Source: Leptolyngbya sp.
GTDB taxonomy: Bacteria > Cyanobacteriota > Cyanobacteriia > Phormidesmidales > Phormidesmidaceae
NCBI GenBank assembly: GCA_040381765.1
Contig: JBEIGU010000002.1
Span: 9,298 to 73,297, forward strand
DNA: 64,000 nt
Direction: 5' to 3'
A program made the translations under genes and the position numbers. Shown here in pieces: positions 30,279-39,399 of this stretch. The number at the start of each line of letters is the position of its first letter. Within the stretch, counting starts at the first letter, position 1. Below the pieces are notes generated by a model. It ran no database searches and was not told the origin of the DNA. It saw only the letters and a list, made by a program, of their open reading frames with translations.

Positions 30279-30755
30279 CTAAAGGTTTAGTGCTAGTTTG
30301 ATGCGATCAAGGGCTGCTGCCTCCTTCTCACTCACCTTATTGCCAGACCCAAATAGGCCACTGCCGGCCGCCTCAGCAACTGCCTTACCGCAGTCGTAGA
30401 TAAACTGCTTGTAGGCACTGAGGTCTGCAGCGGCAGCAGTGGTGCCCAGAGCTTGAAGCGCTGCTTCGATGTCGGCGATGGCTCGATCCACCACGGCACC
30501 TGACTCCACCTCCGCTGGTTTAATGTCGGGCTTTTCCAGGTTAATCTGACCACTTTTCAGCACCTCTGGAGCAAAGGCCGCTTGAATAATGGCGTTAGTG
30601 GGGTACTTTTCCGCCGCGCCGGCGATCTCCTTAGCCATAGCCGCTGCCTCAATGGCGGTGGAAACAATGCCCATATCCACCATGGCCACGGCGAGCCCCG
30701 TACTCATGGGAGCTTTAACAATGGCTTGCAGGGTTTCAGGGGAGTAATCTGTCAT
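30279..30755 (-). CDS. Hypothetical helical protein, possibly TerB-like
   Basis: YKQFIY..GKAVAEAAG..LFG.G.KVSEKE..AL..I..AL pattern; ATG at 30755. Confidence 0.7.
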   Translation of the reverse strand: MTDYSPETLQAIVKAPMSTGLAVAMVDMGIVSTAIEAAAMAKEIAGAAEKYPTNAIIQAAFAPEVLKSGQINLEKPDIKPAEVESGAVVDRAIADIEAALQALGTTAAAADLSAYKQFIYDCGKAVAEAAGSGLFGSGNKVSEKEAAALDRIKLALNL

Positions 30756-30907
30756 GGGGTTATGCTCAGGTTCGGTTGAGTAAGATAATAATACTGGCAT
30801 CACATAGGTCGGTCTTATATTGTGTAGCCCCAGAGCCCTATCTACCCTAAGAAAAGGTTAAGTGTTGTTGAGGCCAGTATGGCCCCCTCCTCGGTAGCCC
30901 CTTTCCC

Positions 30908-31495
30908 ATGGCCATAGAACCCCACCCCTACGAAACCCTGCTGGCCCTTTGCACCGAGTACCAGGGAGCCCTGGCCCTACTCGGGCAGCACCGGCCTTAC
31001 CTGGAGTTTGTCCCCAGTATGCGTCGTCCCCAGGACAGCATTGTGCCCCTGCCCCTGCCCAATGCTCGGGTGCGCCAGCCCCCCGACGAAGGGGCCGGAC
31101 CTCTGGTCACCCTGCCCTGCGACCTTGCCCTGATTTTGTGTGACCCAGAGTGGGAAATCAAGACAGGGGTAGAGATTTTGGTTTTCATCCATCGTCCCCA
31201 GGAAGACTTTTCTCAAATCCTTCGCCGTTGGCGGCAAACGGAGGTTTACCTGGATGGCGGCTATAGCTGGGCCTTGCCCGAACCCCACCAGCATCTGGTG
31301 AACGATGGCTGCGATCGCGCCTATCCTTTATTCGTGGTGTTTCCCACCAGTCCCGATCACATCAAGCAGGGGCTGCGGGGGGCGGGACTGCCAACGGTTT
31401 GTTTTCCCTTCCCCCCCTCTGGCCAGGGGCTCTCCCCAGAATTGGAGGGCCTGGCTAACCCGGGTGCCTTAACCGACGGGGAGATCGATGACTAG
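30908..31495 (+). CDS. Conserved cyanobacterial hypothetical protein
   Basis: QHRPYLE..PSMRRP and CDPEWEIKTG.EI..FIHRP motifs; overlaps the next start by 8 bp. Confidence 0.8.
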   Translation: MAIEPHPYETLLALCTEYQGALALLGQHRPYLEFVPSMRRPQDSIVPLPLPNARVRQPPDEGAGPLVTLPCDLALILCDPEWEIKTGVEILVFIHRPQEDFSQILRRWRQTEVYLDGGYSWALPEPHQHLVNDGCDRAYPLFVVFPTSPDHIKQGLRGAGLPTVCFPFPPSGQGLSPELEGLANPGALTDGEIDD

Positions 31496-33089
31496 GCATA
31501 CCCCTGACCAGCAGGGGGGGCTCTGGCAATCACCGGTGTGGCGCTGGGGCCGCTGGCCCTTGTTGGGGTTTCTGGTTTTACGCCTGATCTTTTGGGGGCT
31601 GACCTTTCCTAACCCGGATGAGGCCTATTATTGGCTGTGGGGTCAACATTGGGACTGGTCCTACTACGATCATCCAGGCTTCCAGGCCTGGGGGCAGGGC
31701 CTGCTTACCACTCTACTGGGGCGATCGCGGTTTGTTCTCCGTCTCTCCAACCTGCTCAGCACCACCCTGGTGGTGGTTACCCTCCACCGCATCACCACCT
31801 ACCTCTATGGCCCCCAGGCCAGGGATCGCTTCTGGCTGGCGCTGTTATTGGTGGCTTCCTCTCCCCTGTTTTTCCTATTTCTGGCTCTGGCCTGGCACGA
31901 TCACTGGTTGATTGCCTTTGCCTTGCTTAGTAGTTTTTATTTTGTCCGTTTTGCCGATGCCTACGCTAAGGACCAGTCTGGGGCGACGATATATTTGATG
32001 GCGGCGGCCCTATTTTTGGGGCTGGCAGGTCTGTGTAAGTACACCGCTCTGCTGCTGGGGTTGAGTTTTGCCGCTAGCCTGCTCAGTCAGCGATCGCTGC
32101 GTCGCCTCTACCTGGATCCTCGTCTCTACCTGGCCCTGGGACTGGTGGTCATAGTCCTATCCCCGATCGGGGTATGGAACTGGCAGCACGAGTTTTTTTC
32201 CTGGCGGTTCTACGGCGATCGCACCAGCCCCACCGCCAGCGACTCCCTACACTGGCTACAACCCCTGGTGTTTCTGGGCCTCTGTGCCCTGATTCTAGGC
32301 CCTATCCAGGCCTGGGCGATCGCTCGCCAGGCCCTGTCACCTGCCGCCAATCTATCCCCATTGCGCCGCACCTCGGTTTACCCCCAGCTAGCCTGGTGGC
32401 TATTTGGCCTCTCCACCGGTGGCTTTATGGCGCTCTCCCTGGTGTCGGTTGCCCTCTACTACTGGAACATCCTGGCCTATCCCCTGCTATTTCCCCTGCT
32501 GACGGACCAGTTCTACGGCACCACTCAGGCGGGTTTAGTCTGGCGGCGGCGACCCCTGGCCATCGCCCAGGGGCTGGGCCTGTTCACAGCGATCGCCCTG
32601 ATCTGCCATTACAACCTCATCCCCCTCACCGCCGGCTTCACCAGAGCAGATGGCGACAGTGCCGCCCTTTACGGATGGCCCCAGATCAGCGCCCTGGTGC
32701 AGGAGACCGCCGACCGCCTTCACCAGCCCCTGCTGCTCACCACTGACTACCGATCGGCGGCGGCCCTGGCCTATAGCCTTAATAGCCCTGAGGTCATCGC
32801 CCTCTCAGGTCGCCTCGACCAATTTGATTTTTGGTATCAAAGTCCCACCATGGAGGGGCGCGACGGGGTGTTGCTGGGGGAAAGCTGGCACCCTATTTGT
32901 TCAGCCCATCTGGCCATGTTTGACCATACCGAGCCTGGAAAAACGCTTGAGATTAAACGGTTTGGGCAAGTACTACAGACCTATACTCTGGTTCTGGGCT
33001 ATGGGTTTCACGCCGGACCGGCGGGCTTTCCCCTGGAGCCTGACTATCCCCTCGGGTATACCACGGACGGAGAAACCTGTGGACCCTAG
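31488..33089 (+). CDS. GT-C glycosyltransferase (ArnT/PMT, GT39/83-like)
   Basis: PDEAYYWLWGQH..WSYYDHP, multiple TMs, GLAGLCKYT. Confidence 0.9.
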   Translation: MTRHTPDQQGGLWQSPVWRWGRWPLLGFLVLRLIFWGLTFPNPDEAYYWLWGQHWDWSYYDHPGFQAWGQGLLTTLLGRSRFVLRLSNLLSTTLVVVTLHRITTYLYGPQARDRFWLALLLVASSPLFFLFLALAWHDHWLIAFALLSSFYFVRFADAYAKDQSGATIYLMAAALFLGLAGLCKYTALLLGLSFAASLLSQRSLRRLYLDPRLYLALGLVVIVLSPIGVWNWQHEFFSWRFYGDRTSPTASDSLHWLQPLVFLGLCALILGPIQAWAIARQALSPAANLSPLRRTSVYPQLAWWLFGLSTGGFMALSLVSVALYYWNILAYPLLFPLLTDQFYGTTQAGLVWRRRPLAIAQGLGLFTAIALICHYNLIPLTAGFTRADGDSAALYGWPQISALVQETADRLHQPLLLTTDYRSAAALAYSLNSPEVIALSGRLDQFDFWYQSPTMEGRDGVLLGESWHPICSAHLAMFDHTEPGKTLEIKRFGQVLQTYTLVLGYGFHAGPAGFPLEPDYPLGYTTDGETCGP

Positions 33090-33113
33090 GCTGGCAGCGG
33101 AGCGTGGCAGTCA

Positions 33114-33130
33114 CCCCAGTCCCCAGTCCC
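33114..33130 (+). repeat. STRR1-type heptamer tandem (CCCCAGT)x2.4
   Basis: ccccagt ccccagt ccc, matching the cyanobacterial CCCCA(A/G)T unit. Confidence 0.55.
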
Positions 33131-33317
33131 TAAGCAAACTTTTCCCCGGTCTCGTCTAATTTTCTTGATTGGATAAAACTTTACTGAAGTTATAGAAGAC
33201 AGTTAACCTCAAACCTCAAGGATTAAGTTACATTAACAATGTAAAAGGGGTAACCTGAGAGCATAGTTATAGGGGTGCGGTTCTTTCAGTCATCTATCAT
33301 CTAATGCGTGTACAGGT

Positions 33318-34091
33318 ATGACTCGTCAGCTTTTTGTTGGGGATATTCACGGTCACTACGAGGCCCTCAGGCAACTTTGGGACCTGATTTCACCTACTTC
33401 CACGGATGCCGTTTATTTCCTTGGTGACTTAATTGATCGAGGCCCCGACAGCGCTGCGGTAGTTGACTTTGTTCGTCGCCACGGCAGTGGCTGCGTGCGG
33501 GGCAACCACGAACAAATGTTGATTGAGTCCTTTGTAGATGACGGTATTCATATCCCTGCTATGCAGCGATGGATCAACAGTGGCGGTGATAGCACCGTCG
33601 CCAGTTACGAAAATTCCTTTGAAGCGCTACGGGCCGATCTGGAGTGGATTGAGAATCTACCTCTCTATATAGACCTAGGACATGTTTGGCTTGTTCATGC
33701 TGGTCTTAATCCTAATTTGGGGGTGGCTTCCCAAACTAAGGAGGAGTGTTGCTGGTCTCGGGGTATTTTTCACCAGATGCGTAGCCCCTATTTTGCCGAC
33801 AAGCAAATTATCGTAGGCCATACTATGACCTTTACCTTCTCCGAGGTTAGCCCCGGGCAATTAGTAGAAGGACCCGGCTGGTCTAATATTGATACAGGGG
33901 CCTATGATGCCCGTAGTGGTTGGTTAACCGCTTTAGACTGGGATAATCAAATGGTTTATCAGGTAAATGTCTTCACCCCAGATCAGCGGGTTCTCCCCTA
34001 CGGTGACCTGGTAGTTCCAGTTCAAGCCAGTCCCCGTAAACGTTCCAAGGATAAGTTAAGTTGGTGGGATAAGCTACGAAGAACCTCATGA
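33318..34091 (+). CDS. PPP-family metallophosphoesterase, paralog B
   Basis: Same motif set as 25832..26596 and colinear with it along most of its length. Confidence 0.92.
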   Translation: MTRQLFVGDIHGHYEALRQLWDLISPTSTDAVYFLGDLIDRGPDSAAVVDFVRRHGSGCVRGNHEQMLIESFVDDGIHIPAMQRWINSGGDSTVASYENSFEALRADLEWIENLPLYIDLGHVWLVHAGLNPNLGVASQTKEECCWSRGIFHQMRSPYFADKQIIVGHTMTFTFSEVSPGQLVEGPGWSNIDTGAYDARSGWLTALDWDNQMVYQVNVFTPDQRVLPYGDLVVPVQASPRKRSKDKLSWWDKLRRTS

Positions 34092-34547
34092 ATGCATGGC
34101 TTTGGTTGGCTCCTGAGGGTTTATTACTTAAGTTTTGACCCCCTGCTAGCAGGATGGTCGAATTTACGCCGTCTAATAGTAAAACTCTAGTGCAGACCAA
34201 GGGCTCTTGGCTAGGGAGACCTCCTATCAACCAGAACTTACCTATACTCACCCAGCCATACTCGGAGGGCTAACCTGTGGTGTACCTTGATTAGCCATAA
34301 GGGCAGGCAGACCGTATCAGAAACTTTGACACAATTGAGCCCAAACTTCATATAATTGAAAAAAAGTCAAGAAGGCTGACACCCTCTTAGACAGTCGAAC
34401 CCATTTAGAGAAATACTAAGAAGTACCTTAAGGTAGTAAGTGTATCTGGTTTCAAAATCAACCTCGGCTAAGACTATGTATAAGTGTATTCACTCGTTGA
34501 TGATTGTTGAATTCTATCAAGGTTCTTAATTTAGTTGGTTATAGCGT

Positions 34548-34594
34548 GACACCCAATTGCTCAGTCCTACCCCCCAATACCTGGCTGAAGGAGT
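34548..34594 (+). repeat. Partial second copy of the internal segment of the 10005..10149 element
   Basis: 29 bp identical to 10028..10056 (gacacccaattgctcagtcctacccccca), then a similar cctg.ctg.aggagt tail. Confidence 0.88.
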
Positions 34595-34682
34595 AGGGCC
34601 ATGGTGCCCCGCCTTTAGGGTCTAGACCTGTGCTGGGAATCCACCTGTAGGTGCAGTTCAAGTTGTAGTTTATTTATTAATT

Positions 34683-35129
34683 ATGAATCAACGACGCGAT
34701 CGCAACCGTAACCGATCTAAACGGCGAGCCATCTACTGCCCCAGCCATGGCTGCTATCTAGAAAGCGCCAGCCGTAAGTATCAACTCTACGCTGATCGGG
34801 CAGAGCAGTTGCAGGAACGGGGTATGGGCCGTCGGCTGGCCCTGACGGTGATTCAAACCCATACCGCCGTACCGATCGCTGGAGAGTGGTTGGAGGCTTT
34901 TTGGTGCCCCCAATGCCAGGAAACCACCTGGTACCATGTGCGCCGCTGCACTCCGGACAATGCCAGTAACCAGCGAGACCAATACGACATCCGCCCCGCT
35001 CCCCAGCCCCTCTGGCAACAGGCAGCTGGAGTCATTTGTCCGGATGGGAACCCCTCCGTGGGTGAATTCAGCCGTCGCCTGGCCCGTATGACCAGCTATC
35101 AGGGTGTCAAGGGTTTTCGCTATCTCTAG
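34683..35129 (+). CDS. Cys/His-rich cyanobacterial hypothetical protein (putative Zn-binding)
   Basis: CPSHGC and WCPQC motifs, Arg-rich N-terminus. Confidence 0.78.
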   Translation: MNQRRDRNRNRSKRRAIYCPSHGCYLESASRKYQLYADRAEQLQERGMGRRLALTVIQTHTAVPIAGEWLEAFWCPQCQETTWYHVRRCTPDNASNQRDQYDIRPAPQPLWQQAAGVICPDGNPSVGEFSRRLARMTSYQGVKGFRYL

Positions 35130-35151
35130 GTTCTGGTTCCTGGGGTAGGAC

Positions 35152-36261
35152 TTAGGCCATGGCCACAAGCACCGATCTCACCAGGGCATCTTCTACCTGA
35201 TCACTAATCTGCACCTGGCCGATTCGCTCGGGCAAGATAAAGTTAATCCGACCGGATTTCACCTTCTTATCATGGCGCAGGGAGAGAATCAGGTCCTCCA
35301 CCCCAATCCCCTGGGGGAGTTGGGTGGGCAGCTTAACCTTCTGCAGGAGATCGGTTTGTCTCTGGGCCGAGGCCACATCCCAGAGGCCCAGGTTGACCGC
35401 CATCTGGCCTGCGGCCACCATGCCGATCGCCACCGCCTCACCGTGGTTGACCCCCCGGTAGTGCATCAAGCTCTCCACCCCATGGCCAATGGTGTGGCCG
35501 TAGTTGAGAATGGCCCGCAGGCCCCCTTCCTTTTCATCCTGGCAGACCACTTCAGCCTTAGCCTGACAGGAATGGATAAGGATTTCTAGCAATTGGTCAT
35601 CCCCCAGGTCACCGTAACGGCTCAGGTGGGGAGCGGCCTCCAGAGATTCAAATAGGGGCCGGTCCCAGATCACCCCGTATTTAATCACCTCCGCCAGGCC
35701 CGCCCGCCACTGCCGCGGTGGTAGGGTGCGCAACACCAGGGGATCAATCATCACCAGCCGGGGTTGGTGAAAGGCCCCAATCAAGTTTTTCCCCTGGGGA
35801 TGGTTAACGCCGGTTTTGCCACCAATGGCCGCATCCACCATGGCGAGCAACGAGGTGGGCACCTGCACCACCCCAAGACCCCGCAACCAGGTGGCCGCCG
35901 CAAAGCCGGTCATATCCCCAATCACCCCGCCCCCCAGGGCCACCATGGCGGATTGTCGTTCCAGGGGGCAACGGTAGGCGGCATCGTAGAGTTTCTGCAC
36001 GGAATTTAGGGTTTTGTAGCGCTCCCCCGCAGGTAGCAACTGGATATCGACCCGGTAGCCCTGGCGGGTAAGGGAGTCCACCAGGGGCTGGCCGTAGTGC
36101 TTAAAGATGCCAGGGTTGGATACCACCAGCAGGGATTGGCCAGGCTTGACCAGGGGGCGATCGCCCTGACCTAGCCAGGCCCCTACCTGCCCTAGCCCCC
36201 CCCGGGTAATCACAATATCGTAGGGTTGGGCCGGCAACGGGACGGGAATAACGGAGGGCAT
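35152..36261 (-). CDS. aroB: 3-dehydroquinate synthase
   Basis: [47 protein letters not shown]. Confidence 0.98.
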   Translation of the reverse strand: MPSVIPVPLPAQPYDIVITRGGLGQVGAWLGQGDRPLVKPGQSLLVVSNPGIFKHYGQPLVDSLTRQGYRVDIQLLPAGERYKTLNSVQKLYDAAYRCPLERQSAMVALGGGVIGDMTGFAAATWLRGLGVVQVPTSLLAMVDAAIGGKTGVNHPQGKNLIGAFHQPRLVMIDPLVLRTLPPRQWRAGLAEVIKYGVIWDRPLFESLEAAPHLSRYGDLGDDQLLEILIHSCQAKAEVVCQDEKEGGLRAILNYGHTIGHGVESLMHYRGVNHGEAVAIGMVAAGQMAVNLGLWDVASAQRQTDLLQKVKLPTQLPQGIGVEDLILSLRHDKKVKSGRINFILPERIGQVQISDQVEDALVRSVLVAMA

Positions 36262-36540
36262 GGCAAAAAGGCGATCACAGAGAGGTACCTTCCAAGACTT
36301 TAGCGGTTTTAGGCATGGGTTGATGATTCAACCTTCTCCCCCAAACGCTTGATCAGCAATTGTAAATTCAAAAATTCTAGGGGCTGAAACCCTTGATACC
36401 TCGTTCAGATCAAGCTCCATGGATGGGCGCGAATCGGCTGAAACGGCCTAAACTGGTTCTGAATTTATTTTTGCTGACGCTTGATAGTTGCTGTTTTCAT
36501 CTACCGCCCGCCTATGGTAAGATAGAAAAGTTGTCAAAAT

Positions 36541-36620
36541 CGCACATCTAGAGTTTCGGGTCTGCAGGGCATCCCTGACAGCACATCTAGATGGTGGATA
36601 AACCCGAACGGAGAAAAAAT
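36541..36620 (+). ncRNA. Putative rpsB (S2) 5' leader structure
   Basis: ttcgggt (36555-61) pairs with acccgaa (36602-08), enclosing hairpin caggg-cat-ccctg; directly upstream of rpsB. Confidence 0.5.
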
Positions 36621-37400
36621 ATGGCAGTTATTACCCTCCCGGAACTCCTGGAGTCTGGGGTTCACTTTGGCCACCAGACCCGACGCTGGAACCCGAAGAT
36701 GGATCCCTATATCTTCACCTCCCGCAATGGGGTTCACATTATCGACCTGGTGCAAACCGCCCAATTAGTGGAGGAAGCCTACGCCTTTACCCGGTCAGCG
36801 GCAGAACAGGGGCAACGGTTTCTATTTATTGGTACTAAGCGTCAGGCTGCGGGCATTGTCGCCCAGGAAGCCAGTCGCTGTGGATCCCATTACGTTAACC
36901 AGCGCTGGCTGGGGGGCATGCTCACCAACTGGGCCACCATTAAATCCCGTGCTGACCGCCTGAAGGAATTAGAGCGCATGGAGGAAACCGGCGCCATTGA
37001 CCTGCGGCCCAAGAAGGAAGCTGCGGTGCTGCGCCGGGAACTGGAGAAGCTGCAGAAATACCTGGGGGGGATCAAGACCATGCGCCGGGTTCCCGATGTG
37101 GCCATCATTGTGGACATCAAGCGGGAATACAACGCGGTTTCGGAATGCCATAAGCTGGGCATCCCGATCATTTCCCTGTTAGATACTAACTGTGATCCCG
37201 ACCTGGTGGATGTGCCAATTCCGGCCAACGATGACGCCATTCGTTCCATAAAACTGATCCTGGGCAAGCTGGCGGATGCTATCTACGAAGGATCCCACGG
37301 AGCCCAGGGCCGGGGTGACGACGACTACGACGACTACGAGGGGGCCGAAGATGAGGATTACGGCTATGACCTTCCCGCCGCCGATGAAGAGGATGATTAG
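36621..37400 (+). CDS. rpsB: 30S ribosomal protein S2
   Basis: [39 protein letters not shown]; acidic tail; ATG at 36621. Confidence 0.99.
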   Translation: MAVITLPELLESGVHFGHQTRRWNPKMDPYIFTSRNGVHIIDLVQTAQLVEEAYAFTRSAAEQGQRFLFIGTKRQAAGIVAQEASRCGSHYVNQRWLGGMLTNWATIKSRADRLKELERMEETGAIDLRPKKEAAVLRRELEKLQKYLGGIKTMRRVPDVAIIVDIKREYNAVSECHKLGIPIISLLDTNCDPDLVDVPIPANDDAIRSIKLILGKLADAIYEGSHGAQGRGDDDYDDYEGAEDEDYGYDLPAADEEDD

Positions 37401-37469
37401 TTCGGGCGGCTAGATCGTATTCTAAATCTAGGTTCCGTTTGACGACACGCGTTAGGACATTTGATCACC

Positions 37470-38135
37470 ATGGCAGACATTTCTGCAAAGCTTGTAAAGG
37501 ACCTGCGCGACAAAACCGGCGCAGGTATGATGGACTGCAAGAAAGCCCTGAAGGAAACCGAAGGAGACTTTGAAAAGGCGATGGACTGGCTGCGCCAGAA
37601 GGGCATTGCCTCCGCCGCCAAAAAGGAAGGCCGGGTAGCGGCGGAGGGGTTGGTCGACAGCTATATCCACACCGGTGGGCGTGTGGGGGTGCTGGTGGAG
37701 GTCAACTGCGAAACTGACTTTGTGGCTCGTCGCGAAGAGTTTAAGACCCTGGTGCGGGATGTGGCCATGCAAGTTGCCGCCTGCCCAAACGTTGAGTACG
37801 TGCGGGTGGGTGACATTCCAGAAGCCATCATTGCCAAGGAAAAGGCCGTTGAGATGGGTCGGGAGGATCTGGCTGGCAAGCCCCAGGCGATGCGGGAGAA
37901 AATCGTAGATGGCCGCATCCAAAAGCGATTAAAAGAGCTAACCTTAATGGATCAACCCTTCATTAAGGATCAAAACATCTCCATCGATGAGCTGGTCAAA
38001 CGAGCTGTTTCCCAACTGGGGGAAAATATCCAAGTCCGGCGCTTCTCCCGCTTTGTCATGGGGGAAGGCATCGAGAAGCAAGAAACCAACTTTGCGGAAG
38101 AGGTTGCGGCCCAGACCGGCGCCCTAAAGCCCTAA
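37470..38135 (+). CDS. tsf: Elongation factor Ts
   Basis: [26 protein letters not shown]; follows rpsB; ATG at 37470. Confidence 0.99.
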   Translation: MADISAKLVKDLRDKTGAGMMDCKKALKETEGDFEKAMDWLRQKGIASAAKKEGRVAAEGLVDSYIHTGGRVGVLVEVNCETDFVARREEFKTLVRDVAMQVAACPNVEYVRVGDIPEAIIAKEKAVEMGREDLAGKPQAMREKIVDGRIQKRLKELTLMDQPFIKDQNISIDELVKRAVSQLGENIQVRRFSRFVMGEGIEKQETNFAEEVAAQTGALKP

Positions 38136-38191
38136 CACCCGTGGGTCGTTGAGCTTAATAATCAGCCCAGGGATAAGGTGGGGGTCGCGCC

Positions 38192-39316
38192 ATGGTCAGA
38201 CCGGTGGAGATAATTCGTAGGGACATTGAGGGTCTGAAGCAGGCCACCCTCACCCTGGCTGAGGAGTTTAACCAGCTCTACAGTGGCTACCTGGCTAGTT
38301 TAGGCACTGCCCTACAACGGCAGGTGGTGATGGCGGCCTACCACCTCTGTACCCAGGTGTATCCCGAGAACTTTCTGGCCCTATCGGTGGGCCAGCGGGA
38401 GTCCCTGCAGCGACAAATACGCCAGTTGGGGGCGAAGGGTAAGGGCTGGTTGGAAGACTTACTTGATCCTAAAATTGATTTAGACCTCTTGGAGCCCCCG
38501 GAACCAGAGCCCCAGCCAGCCCCGGCCTCTAGCCTAGAGGCCGGGGTAAGTGGACCAGAGACTCACCCCTCTGAAGCGAGCCCAATGACTAGTGAGGCCG
38601 GCCTAGACCAGGATGTAATTTCTAACTTGCCGTTGGAGTTACCCCTGAGCCAGGGGGAGGACGCGATCCTGGCCATTCCATCCCTGCTGAAGCAGATGGT
38701 GATGGCAGCCCTGGCGGAGGATCGGCCTGAAGACCTGGGCGATCGCCTATTCAGCGGCGATGACCTCACCCCCCTGCGCCTGGCTAAACACCACATCTAC
38801 CTGGAGCAGCAAATCCGAGAACTGTTGCAGCGCATTTCCCGGCAGGCCAACCAGCGGTTACACAGTGCCAAAATCCTACCCAACCTGCCCGACGCCATCC
38901 TCCATGCCGCCTCCGATGCGGAAATCGGCCCGGGCCGGGGGCGATCGGTCCCCAACATTCTGAATGTGATGGTGGCCATTTCTTCCGATCTGACCCGTAG
39001 CCCCAATCACCCCCTAGATTCCTCCCTGATGGCGGAAAGCCCCGCTGGGGACCGGCAGGAGGAGGACGACGAGGAGGAGGAGGAGGACGATGAGGGGTCA
39101 GAAAGCACCATGACCCACCTGGCGGCCATTAACCTGCGGTTATCGGATCTGGAATTCAACGATGTACAATCCTCCCTGGGGCGCAGTAAACTACGTACCG
39201 CCCTGGGGAAATTACGTAAGCTGGGTAAGCAATATCAAAAATTGCAGCGGGAGCTGGCCATTTCCTCCGCAGAGCAGGCCTGGCGAGCGGTGTGGTACGA
39301 GGAGCCGCGGTTCTAG
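38192..39316 (+). CDS. Conserved cyanobacterial hypothetical protein with coiled coils and acidic tract
   Basis: AAYHLCTQVYPE motif, EEDDEEEEEDDE tract; lies between tsf and recG. Confidence 0.8.
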   Translation: MVRPVEIIRRDIEGLKQATLTLAEEFNQLYSGYLASLGTALQRQVVMAAYHLCTQVYPENFLALSVGQRESLQRQIRQLGAKGKGWLEDLLDPKIDLDLLEPPEPEPQPAPASSLEAGVSGPETHPSEASPMTSEAGLDQDVISNLPLELPLSQGEDAILAIPSLLKQMVMAALAEDRPEDLGDRLFSGDDLTPLRLAKHHIYLEQQIRELLQRISRQANQRLHSAKILPNLPDAILHAASDAEIGPGRGRSVPNILNVMVAISSDLTRSPNHPLDSSLMAESPAGDRQEEDDEEEEEDDEGSESTMTHLAAINLRLSDLEFNDVQSSLGRSKLRTALGKLRKLGKQYQKLQRELAISSAEQAWRAVWYEEPRF

Positions 39317-39362
39317 GGGCCATGGTCTGGCTGGGTTCCGCCCCTTTGCCGGGGGCTAGGGC

Positions 39363-39388
39363 TATAATACCCGGCAACAGAGAGGAGG
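39363..39388 (+). promoter_or_regulatory. Possible recG -10 box and Shine-Dalgarno sequence
   Basis: TATAAT at 39363-68; GAGGAGG about 12 nt before ATG 39400. Confidence 0.45.
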
Positions 39389-39399
39389 TAAAGGCGACC

